A stretch of DNA of 64,000 nucleotides, taken from Hyphomicrobium sp. (GTDB taxonomy: Bacteria > Pseudomonadota > Alphaproteobacteria > Rhizobiales > Hyphomicrobiaceae). Position 1 is the first letter of the stretch; every line of letters begins with the position of its first letter. Where the stretch lies: NCBI RefSeq assembly GCF_003987855.1, contig NZ_RXIZ01000003.1, positions 18,233 to 82,232 on the forward strand, read 5' to 3'. Shown piece after piece: positions 9,331-17,500 of this stretch. Below the pieces are notes generated by a model, which did no database searches, was not told where the DNA came from, and worked only from the letters and a program-made list of their open reading frames with translations. Made by a program: the position numbers and the translations under genes.

Positions 9331-10403
9331 TCCGCCTTCGAGTCCGTCAAAACATAAGCGTCCCCCGGCAAACCGCTGCGAACATAGTCAGCTTTCTCCA
9401 ACGATCGTGCTGGATCGATGCGAACCCGAACGCGGAACATGAGCTTGTCACGCTCGGTCTGTGTCTCGACCATTTTCGGCGTGAATTGCGCCTGGTCGGC
9501 GATAAAGGTCACTTTTGCCGGGATCGGGTGATCGGGATAAGCGTCGAGAACAATTCGTGCGTCGTTCCCAATTCGGACACGTCCGGCATCGAGCGTTGGA
9601 AGGTAGACATCCATGTAGACGTAACCGAAGTCGAGCATCGTGAAGACTTTACCGCCGGCTCCGAGTACCTCGCCGGTATTGGCGATGCGGTAAGCGATAC
9701 GTCCATCTCTCGGTGCGACCAACGTATTGTCGGCAATGTTCACGCGATAAAGGTCTGCATCATGATTGGCGGCCTCAAGCGCGTGCTCAGCCTCCGTAAC
9801 TCTCGCCTGAGCTGCAAGTTCGCCGGCCTTCGCCGAATTCAACGCCTGCTCGCGCTGATCGAAAACTTGTTTCGTGACCCAGCCGGACTTTAACAGCGCC
9901 TCCGCGCGAGCCATCTCCTGCTGGGCGAGAATGACCTGACTATGCTGCTGATTGAGAAGCGCATTTGCTTCGCTGATGATCTTCTTTGCTTGCTCAGCCT
10001 GCGCTTCGGATTTCTTCAGCGAGGTCTCGAGGTCGCGGGTATCCATCACCGCGAGGACCTGTCCAGCGGCGACCTTCGCTCCCTCATCGACGCGCAATTG
10101 GGCTATGCGGCCCGAAAATTTTGTCGCTATGTCTATAGGGTCGGCTTCTATGCGCCCATTGCCATATACGATCGCGGCAGGAAGGGGCGGAACGCGATGC
10201 AGCCACCAATAGCCGCCACCGACTGCGAGCGCCAGACCGGCGAGTGCGGCGACGAGCAGACGCCATCGAAAAAAGCGCCGCGAGTCTTTGTCGATCCCGA
10301 GATGAGATTGCGGCGATAAAGCTTTGCCTCCAGCCCGCTGATCGGCGGCGGGCATTTCCGTGAATTCGGCAGGCTTCTGCGTCGTCGGTTGCTCAACTTG
10401 CAT
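9300..10403 (-). CDS. yhiI: HlyD-family membrane fusion protein (YhiI-like)
   Basis: It has a single N-terminal TM (LLVAALAGLALAVGGGYWW), a central coiled-coil hairpin and flanking barrel-sandwich segments. It is the first gene of the yhiI-rbbA-yhhJ-type operon. Confidence 0.85.
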   Translation of the reverse strand: MQVEQPTTQKPAEFTEMPAADQRAGGKALSPQSHLGIDKDSRRFFRWRLLVAALAGLALAVGGGYWWLHRVPPLPAAIVYGNGRIEADPIDIATKFSGRIAQLRVDEGAKVAAGQVLAVMDTRDLETSLKKSEAQAEQAKKIISEANALLNQQHSQVILAQQEMARAEALLKSGWVTKQVFDQREQALNSAKAGELAAQARVTEAEHALEAANHDADLYRVNIADNTLVAPRDGRIAYRIANTGEVLGAGGKVFTMLDFGYVYMDVYLPTLDAGRVRIGNDARIVLDAYPDHPIPAKVTFIADQAQFTPKMVETQTERDKLMFRVRVRIDPARSLEKADYVRSGLPGDAYVLTDSKADWPERLKGTP

Positions 10404-10726
10404 TTTGGACCGCTACCCCAGGTGCGCAAGCGTGCCGGAAGCCTCGATCTCACCGTGCATCGCGCCGTCATCCCATCGATTGTTAACTTCGCCTGGCTCG
10501 GAAATCGTTGACCTGGAGCAAATTTGTGTTGCGTCGCGGAAGTAAGCATTGCGGGCGGCTCGCTATCGGTGCTTCGTTAAGAGGGGCTTTGTGTTCCCCA
10601 GAGTTCGCCGCTTGATATACAGTATAGGGATGATGGTGATGGTCGGTTCGGCCTTCGCAGTCGTAGTTCGTTTCCTAAAATCAGCGCAGCACCGTCAGTA
10701 CAATTCGTCCAAATCTGGAGCAGTTC

Positions 10727-12832
10727 ATGGCCACTCGCCGCGAATTCATCGGCACGCTTCCCGCCGCCGGCGCGGCGTTCGCCATTGCCGGATCCTTCGC
10801 CTTCGAAGACAGCCCCGCGCGAGCACAACCGGCATCGGTTCCGGCCGCCGGACATTTTCATCCCAAAGGCAAGGCTCCTTCTACGTATACGCTCGAGGTG
10901 CTTCGCAAAGCGAAAGCCTCGTTGCCCCTTGCCGATGAAAGAGATCTCGAGGAGCAAAAGAAGGGGCTCATTGCGCCCATGAAAGATCTCAAGATCATGG
11001 CGGATGCAGGTCATGTCGCCTGGGACATGGAGCGCTTTCAATTCCTTAACAGTGAGGAGGAATTTGAAAGCGTGCATCCTTCACTGATCCGCCAATCGAG
11101 ATTGAACAACAACTACGGACTCTATGAGGTCATCCCGGGCATCTATCAGGTCCGAGGGTTTGATCTTTCGGACATCAGCTTCGTTCGCGGTAAAACAGGC
11201 TGGATCGTCTTCGATCCGCTCGTCTCTGCTGAAACGGCGCGCGCAGCCTGGAAATTATTCCAAGACCACGTGGGTGAGGGTTTGCCGATCTCTGCGGTGA
11301 TTTACTCGCACACCCATGGTGATCATTGGGGCGGTGTCCGCGGTATTGTGAATGACGCAGACGTGCGCTCGGGCAAGATTCCAATCATCGCGCCTGCGGG
11401 CTTCATGGACTTCACGATTTCGGAGAACGTCTACGCTGGGAACGCGATGAACCGGCGCCTCTTCTATCAATACGGTCTACTGCTGCCCGCGAGCCCATTC
11501 GGTTACGTTGGGCAAGGCTTGGGTCAAGCAGTCTCTGCCGGAGCCTCCGGTCTCATCGCGCCAACCCAATTCGTGTCCCAGCCCATCGAGGAACTTGAAG
11601 TCGATGGCGTGCGCATGGTGTTTCAGAATACGCCGAATACCGAAGCACCCCGGGAGATGAACACATACATCCCGGAAATGAAGGCGCTCTGGATGGCGGA
11701 GAATGTGATCGCATCGCTCCATAACATTTATACGCTTCGTGGTGCGCCCGTTCGCGATCCGCTCAATTGGTCGAAATATATTGGCGAGGCCTTATACCGG
11801 TTTGGCCTTGAGGCCGAGGTCATGTTCGCATCGCATCACTGGCCGAGATGGGGCAATGAGCGCATTCAGGAGGTTTTGCGGGCTCAGCGCGATCTCTACG
11901 CCAATATGAACAATCAGGTTCTGCACCTGGCCAACAATGGCGTCACCATCAACCAGGTCCACAACGTCTATGCCGTCCCTAAAAGTCTGCAGGATAAATG
12001 GCATTGCCGCGGCTACCACGGCTCTCCTCAGCACAACGCCCGCGGTGTTATTCAACGCTATCTGGGATTTTGGGACTGCAATCCCACAACGCTGATACCG
12101 CATTCGCCCGAAGACTCTGCACCCCTGTATGTTGAGATGATGGGAGGCGCCGATAAGATTCTTGCGCGCGGGCGCGAGCTGCATGACGCGGGAAAGTATC
12201 TGCTCGCCTCCGAAATTGTGAACAAGTTGGTTCAGGCGCAGCCCGAGAACAGCGAGGCCAAAGATCTCCTGGCCGACATCTTTGAGCAGCTCGGCTATCA
12301 GCAGGAAAATCCGGGTCTGAGAAACAGTTTCCTCGCAGGCGCCTACGAACTTCGGACCGGCATTCCGCAAGGTGAGACCGCGAGTTCCAGCAGTCCGGAC
12401 GTGATCCGCGCCATGTCGACCGAACTGTTCTTAAATTTTCTCGCCATTCGCATGGATGCTACGAAGGCTGAAGACCTGCATTTCACGATAAATCTAATCA
12501 CACCCGACAACGGCGAGAAATTCATCATTGAGCTTGCCAACGCAACGCTGACCAACATCCAGGGCTTTCAGTCAGAAAAGCCGGATCTCACTCTAACGAT
12601 CGACCGCTCCGCGTTAGAGCAAACGATGATGGGCCTAAAAACCCTCGAAGCCCAAATCGCGGACGGCACCGCAAAGGTCCAAGGAGACGTCCAGATTCTT
12701 TACCAGCTGGCCGGCCTGATGGTCGACTTCGATCCACGATTCGAAATCATGCCCGGCACGAAACTCAGGACGGTAGCGGTGGCTCATGCGGATCCCTATG
12801 AGGCACTCCCGGGTGAGATCATAGCTGAGTAA
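10727..12832 (+). CDS. alkyl/aryl-sulfatase, metallo-beta-lactamase fold (SdsA1/BDS1 type), Tat-exported
   Basis: There is a twin-arginine signal (MATRREFIGTLPAAGAAFA), the MBL motif YSHTHGDHWGG, and a long dimerisation plus SCP2-like C-terminal region. A GGAG sits 7 nt upstream of the ATG. Confidence 0.88.
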   Translation: MATRREFIGTLPAAGAAFAIAGSFAFEDSPARAQPASVPAAGHFHPKGKAPSTYTLEVLRKAKASLPLADERDLEEQKKGLIAPMKDLKIMADAGHVAWDMERFQFLNSEEEFESVHPSLIRQSRLNNNYGLYEVIPGIYQVRGFDLSDISFVRGKTGWIVFDPLVSAETARAAWKLFQDHVGEGLPISAVIYSHTHGDHWGGVRGIVNDADVRSGKIPIIAPAGFMDFTISENVYAGNAMNRRLFYQYGLLLPASPFGYVGQGLGQAVSAGASGLIAPTQFVSQPIEELEVDGVRMVFQNTPNTEAPREMNTYIPEMKALWMAENVIASLHNIYTLRGAPVRDPLNWSKYIGEALYRFGLEAEVMFASHHWPRWGNERIQEVLRAQRDLYANMNNQVLHLANNGVTINQVHNVYAVPKSLQDKWHCRGYHGSPQHNARGVIQRYLGFWDCNPTTLIPHSPEDSAPLYVEMMGGADKILARGRELHDAGKYLLASEIVNKLVQAQPENSEAKDLLADIFEQLGYQQENPGLRNSFLAGAYELRTGIPQGETASSSSPDVIRAMSTELFLNFLAIRMDATKAEDLHFTINLITPDNGEKFIIELANATLTNIQGFQSEKPDLTLTIDRSALEQTMMGLKTLEAQIADGTAKVQGDVQILYQLAGLMVDFDPRFEIMPGTKLRTVAVAHADPYEALPGEIIAE

Positions 12833-12862
12833 CCCTGACGCCAAAGAAGGCAGGCAAACCGA

Positions 12863-13768
12863 CTAAACTGAAAACCGATCGAAATCGGCAGCGACAACTG
12901 CGCCCGGGAAGATCGCGCTGGCCTCTGCGAAAATTTCTCCCGCGCCATATCGGCCCGAGACATGCGTCAGCACCAGCCGTCGCACGCCATTCTGCGCGGC
13001 CAGCTGGGCGCCTTCCGCCGCAGTTAAATGGCCGTAATCGCGCGCGATCGCTGCATCGCGATCAAGAAATGTCGCTTCGATGATCAGCATGTCGGCGTCG
13101 CGTACGTGCTGCGCAATCCCCTGGGTCGACTCGATATCGCCGACCACCACCAGTTTACGCCCGCCTTCGGGGGGGCCCAGAACATCATCAGGCCTGATAC
13201 TCAAGCCCGATGGAAGCGTTGCCTCCATTCCGCTAGCAAGCCTGCTTCGGATGGGACCGTCGGGCACGCCGAGTTCTTGCAGACGCTCCGCCAGAAGATG
13301 GCGGCGTGGCGCGACCTCGAAAATATACGCTAAGCTGTCGCTGTCTCAGTGTGAGACCGGGAAGCAGCTGATCGCAAAACCGTCCACTTCGATCCGCTGC
13401 CCTCCCTCTAAGGGCTCTAGCTCCAGCGCGATCGGAGGACACTGGTTTGGCCAAAAGCCCGCGATGATGCCCGCGACGATCTCAAGCGTATGCCGGCTCC
13501 CGTTGATCATGATAGGCCCATGCGATTGCTGCAGGCCAAGTGTAGCGAGTAGCCCAGGCAAACCGAGAACATGGTCGAAGTGAGCATGCGTGAAAAGAAT
13601 GCGATGCGGGCGCCGTAAGCCGACACCTGCTCTTAGCATCTGCCGCTGGGTGCCCTCGCCGCAATCGACCAGCATCCGCGTGCCTCCGAACGAGACGAGG
13701 AGCCCAGGTTGATTGCGCTCCGTGGAGGGAATGCTGGCGGAGGTACCCAAGAACACGACTTCAAACAT
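12863..13768 (-). pseudogene. rnz: ribonuclease Z-like MBL-fold gene interrupted by one in-frame TGA (13346..13348)
   Basis: Track ORFs 13346..13768 (MFEVVFLGTSASIPS...THAHFDHVLGL...FPVSH*) and 12863..13267 are in the same frame. The 26 codons between them are open (DSDSLAYIFEVAPRRHLLAERLQELG). The total of 302 codons is the normal short RNase Z length. A good SD (GGAGACGATC-ATG) precedes the start. Confidence 0.8.
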
Positions 13769-13808
13769 GATCGTCTCCGAACCTTCCGTCCCATATCAGA
13801 TGATAAGG

Positions 13809-15077
13809 TCACGGAGCCGTGTTGAGGCGTCGATCGTCCTGCGAAAGAAGTCCGCGAATGACCTTCGGCGCAAGCAGACCTTGAAAGACGATCGTGAAGA
13901 TCACAACCGCATAGCATGCGGCGACCAGTGCATCACGATAGGCCCCGGTGTCGGACACGACCTGCGTGAGTGCAACAGAGATAGCGCCGCGCAAGCCCAA
14001 CCAGGTCATCAAGATGGGAATTCGCCGGTCACCGCGCAATCCAAACCCAAATATCGAGAACGGCAGCACGATACTGAAATAGCGGGCTATGAAGGCCAGC
14101 GGTATCGCGACAGCGGCGGACAAGAGAGCGAGTGGACTGAAATTCAGGGTCAGAATCTCGAATCCTAAAAGCATGAACAGGAAAACATTCAGAAGTCCAT
14201 CGACGAGGGACCAACATTCGTTGAGCTTGGCTCGCCGCAACTTTTCTCCCGGCGCCAATCGGTTCGACAAAAGAATTCCGCAGCAGACGACCGCAACCGG
14301 AGCAGACAGCTCGAAAGCGGATGCAAGTCTATATGTACCAAGCGCCAGGGCGAGCGAACCAAAGATGGCGATCTCGTCATCGCGGACCATCGATATAATG
14401 AATGACGCCGCAAGCCCCGTAACCAGACCTAAAACGGCGCCTCCGCCGCCCTCCACAACCATGGCATAGAGAAGATGCCCGTTGCCAAGCACGTCATGCT
14501 GGCCCGTCAGAATAGCTAGCGACGCAAGAAACAGCACGATTGCCGTGCCATCGTTGAACAGGCTCTCGCCGACGACGATCGTTTTTAACGATTCCGGCAA
14601 GGCGCTTTTACTCAGGAGTTCTTCGACCGCGACTGCGTCTGTCGGCGCCAAGATCGCGCCTAAAACAAAGCACCAGGACAATGGAATCGGCATACCGCAG
14701 ATCTGCAAAATCGCCCAAAACAACAACGTAAAGACAGTACACGATAGGATGACACCCAAAGTCGCGAGGCAGAATACGGACGCCGCGTTACGACGTAAGC
14801 TGGATACGTCTGTTTGCAGGCTAGCCGCGAAGAGGAGCAACGCGAGAACACCATCCAACAAAATTTTTGGAAGATGCGCATCGTCCACTCGCCTCTGGAG
14901 GACGACAGCGAACTGGCTATGCCCCGTGACACGGGCGATTGCTAATAGAATGATGGAAACCGCGAGCGCCCCAAGGAGCTGGGCGATGACGTTCGGCAGA
15001 TGCAGATATCGCTCGTTGATGATACCTATGGCGGTAGCGAGGACCAGAAGAAGAGCGCCAATATCGAACGCCGACAT
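13809..15077 (-). CDS. Na+/H+ (cation:proton) antiporter, CPA1/NhaP type
   Basis: This is a polytopic membrane protein of 422 aa with the CPA1-type motif VGESLFNDGTAIVLF. Confidence 0.85.
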   Translation of the reverse strand: MSAFDIGALLLVLATAIGIINERYLHLPNVIAQLLGALAVSIILLAIARVTGHSQFAVVLQRRVDDAHLPKILLDGVLALLLFAASLQTDVSSLRRNAASVFCLATLGVILSCTVFTLLFWAILQICGMPIPLSWCFVLGAILAPTDAVAVEELLSKSALPESLKTIVVGESLFNDGTAIVLFLASLAILTGQHDVLGNGHLLYAMVVEGGGGAVLGLVTGLAASFIISMVRDDEIAIFGSLALALGTYRLASAFELSAPVAVVCCGILLSNRLAPGEKLRRAKLNECWSLVDGLLNVFLFMLLGFEILTLNFSPLALLSAAVAIPLAFIARYFSIVLPFSIFGFGLRGDRRIPILMTWLGLRGAISVALTQVVSDTGAYRDALVAACYAVVIFTIVFQGLLAPKVIRGLLSQDDRRLNTAP

Positions 15078-15121
15078 TTACGGGAGTTCCTGCTGGAAGC
15101 TATGTCCACCGGCGCACGAAG

Positions 15122-15514
15122 ATGTGGTCCGCGCCAAAGCCTTTTTTCAGCTTGGGGTGCGTCGTGTCAAAAACAAACGGTATCAATCGCGATTCAAAGC
15201 CGAGCGGCACCGGCTGCGCCAGATGTCTTTCCACGGGTGGCTGGTGGTTCCATTTGCGGCGCTGCGCAGAGTGCGGTGAAATCGGCTGTTGCGACAGTTC
15301 ACCAAGTCAGCATGCGTCGAAGCATGCCGCCGAAACGGGTCACGCCATCATCGCGAGCTTCGAACCGGGCGAACACTGGTTCTACGATTACCGCACAAAC
15401 GAGGCGTTCTATGGCCCAGAACTCGCACCCCCGAACAGTCATCCTGTAGACCAGCCTGTACCCGGTCCGGCTGGGCACGTGCCAAAGGATTGGCAAAAGA
15501 GATTGCGCAGCTGA
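15122..15514 (+). CDS. UBP-type zinc-finger domain protein
   Basis: The Cys/His pattern GCARCL...WWFHLRRCAECGEIGCCDSSPSQHASKHAAETGHAI matches the zf-UBP fold. The exact start is uncertain. Confidence 0.7.
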   Translation: MWSAPKPFFSLGCVVSKTNGINRDSKPSGTGCARCLSTGGWWFHLRRCAECGEIGCCDSSPSQHASKHAAETGHAIIASFEPGEHWFYDYRTNEAFYGPELAPPNSHPVDQPVPGPAGHVPKDWQKRLRS

Positions 15515-15623
15515 AAGGGTCAAAAGCCTCCAGGCGCGCGTTCGTTTGATCGCTTATGAACTTCGCACCGTACGCGCGCCCTCACAACTCAGCGACCGTA
15601 CTGGCGGTATGATCCGTCAGAAG

Positions 15624-16307
15624 TTAGAACGTGCCTGAGGAAACCTTTAGCGGCGCGTTATCTCCGCTCAGGAGCGCGCCAGGGAAGAAGGCGGGCACCT
15701 CTGCCTCTATCGTGGCTGCGGGCGGCGTCGAAGCGAGCGCCTTGTCGAGCCAATCGGTTTGAGCCGGCAGCGTGACGGAGAGGATCATCTCGATCTTGGT
15801 CCCGGGTTCGATCAAGTTCTTCTCGCCGCCTCCCGCACTGTAGAACAGGACCGTGCCGGTGAACGCGCTTCGACCGGATACCGAGATCGGCGCGAACGGC
15901 GTCTTCGGACGTTTCACGCGCGCCGCAACATCGTCTCGCCCGCCAAAATACTGGGCATCAGCAACATAATTGCTTTTGAATTTCTCTACTTGGCCGGTCT
16001 TGAGATTTTTCGCTTCCAGCTGAAGTGAGAGCACTGCGCCATCCCGTGCTCCGCTGTTGGTGATGGTGACTGGGACGGCTAGAACTTCATACGGACCGTA
16101 AGGGTCACGCGTATATTGAATGTTCTCGGAAACGTAGAGCTTGATCTCCGGCTGCCTGAGTGTCGTCTCCCATAGCGACACGGCCGATGCAGTGAGTGCC
16201 AGCCCGGAGATCATGACGGTCAGCAAATTCCCAGAGGAATGCTGAACGGCTTCGACCGCGATCTCCGATGCCTCGTTTGTGGCGTTTGGTGCGCTGGAAG
16301 ATTTCAT
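15624..16307 (-). CDS. hypothetical N-terminally anchored envelope protein
   Basis: The internal Met (MKSSSAPN...) is followed by one TM (LLTVMISGLALTASAVSLW) and a beta-rich domain. I recognise no family. The track ORF extends to 16430, but that extension looks non-coding. Confidence 0.55.
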   Translation of the reverse strand: MKSSSAPNATNEASEIAVEAVQHSSGNLLTVMISGLALTASAVSLWETTLRQPEIKLYVSENIQYTRDPYGPYEVLAVPVTITNSGARDGAVLSLQLEAKNLKTGQVEKFKSNYVADAQYFGGRDDVAARVKRPKTPFAPISVSGRSAFTGTVLFYSAGGGEKNLIEPGTKIEMILSVTLPAQTDWLDKALASTPPAATIEAEVPAFFPGALLSGDNAPLKVSSGTF

Positions 16308-16699
16308 CGACGTTCCCCCAATAAGGTCTGGTACAGACGTACAGACATTCGACGGCACTATCGTCGATTTAGACAGCCATGCGCTGTCCTGGCAGTACCG
16401 CGATTTGCCTCGGCAGAAATCGGAGACCATGGCGACGACTTGCGGTCAAGTACAGGGCAGCCATCGCACCTGTACTCCGTCTGCAGGGTCTGCCGACCGA
16501 GCGTTGTCCAGCGGGATGCTCTTCGCCCAATCGAATGGCCGGCGAGATGACAGTTTCACGTCGTGATTAGGGAGACAAATGCCGACTCGACGATGCCAGA
16601 GCGGCTAGAGCGGAATTCGCAGCGGCTACATACGATTGCACGTTAGCGGACTAATCGCTAGGCTGAACGTGTCTCGTCCGAACAGCGTAGGGGGAAACG

Positions 16700-17500
16700 A
16701 TGCCGGGGAAACAAGCGGCTGCAAAAGCTGTGCCGAATGCTTGGTCCGCGATGCTGTTCGCCCTGGCCGCTGCAATAGCCATCATCACAGCGCTATCATT
16801 CTTGCTTCCGTTCGGGTCGCCGGCCGCCGCGCTTCTGCTCGATCATCACAAGTACAGCGTTTTTCCCTACCCATTCACGATCCAAAACGCGACCTACCTC
16901 ATCTTCGCGGTCGGCATCGCCGATCTCTATGTGCGGTGGCGAACCGCGAGATACGAACGCGCATTTCTGCATCGCAAGTTTTTGCCGGAAGACGATAAGA
17001 CCGTCCTGCAAATCAGCGATCTCGGTGTCATCCGTCGCGACGTCTCCCGTCTTTATGACAGTCAGAACGGTTTTCTGCCCTATCTCATCGACATCTCGAT
17101 CACCCAGCTCCAGTCCAGCCGCTCGGTCGATCAGGCTGTCGCCATCCTGACGTCGAGCCTCGATCTGATGATCCACAAACTCGATCTCAGATATCAGACG
17201 GTTCGCTATATCGCTTACCTGATCCCGACGATCGGCTTTATTGGAACGGTTGTCGGCATCGCGGTGGCGCTCGAATACATCAATCCGAACAATCCGGATC
17301 TAGGCCAGGTCACTGGCGCTCTCGGCGTCGCCTTCTATACGACCCTGGTTGCCCTGATCGTCAGCGCAATCATCGTTTTTCTCCAGCATGCGGTTCAGAG
17401 GGAAGAAGAAAGCGCCCTCAACGAAGCCGGGCAATATTGCCTGAAGAACTTGATCAACCGGATCTACATTCCCGAGAACACGGGACACGTCGTGTCATGA
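16700..17500 (+). CDS. MotA/TolQ/ExbB-family proton-channel protein
   Basis: It has the four-TM layout with a cytoplasmic insert between TM2 and TM3. The C-terminal helices LIPTIGFIGTVVGIAVAL and ALGVAFYTTLVALIVSAII resemble the conserved channel helices of the family. An SD (AGGGGGA) sits 6 nt upstream of the ATG. Confidence 0.8.
   Translation: MPGKQAAAKAVPNAWSAMLFALAAAIAIITALSFLLPFGSPAAALLLDHHKYSVFPYPFTIQNATYLIFAVGIADLYVRWRTARYERAFLHRKFLPEDDKTVLQISDLGVIRRDVSRLYDSQNGFLPYLIDISITQLQSSRSVDQAVAILTSSLDLMIHKLDLRYQTVRYIAYLIPTIGFIGTVVGIAVALEYINPNNPDLGQVTGALGVAFYTTLVALIVSAIIVFLQHAVQREEESALNEAGQYCLKNLINRIYIPENTGHVVS

Noticed and set aside
10549-10938. A 129-aa plus-strand ORF upstream of and overlapping the alkylsulfatase start, with a 166-aa minus-strand ORF at 10577..11077
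   Set aside because: Both overlap the Tat-signal region of a well-supported CDS. Neither has an SD or a domain, so the region is more likely the divergent promoter.
13346-13348. The in-frame TGA in the RNase Z-like gene read as a selenocysteine codon
   Set aside because: I see no convincing SECIS-type hairpin in the roughly 40 nt downstream; there is only a 5-bp GCGAC/GTCGC pairing with a 23-nt loop. The position is not a catalytic Cys site, and RNase Z is not a known selenoprotein. A nonsense mutation, a sequencing error or leaky read-through are more likely.
14482-15279. A 265-aa plus-strand ORF antisense to the Na+/H+ antiporter
   Set aside because: The minus-strand product is an obvious polytopic CPA1 transporter. 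The plus-strand translation is Arg/Ser-rich nonsense.
17437-17496. The upstream extension of the 647-aa track ORF (start at 17437)
   Set aside because: It lies entirely inside the C-terminus of the MotA-like CDS in another frame. The ATG at 17497 gives a classical ATGA coupling and a sensible basic N-terminus before the TM.
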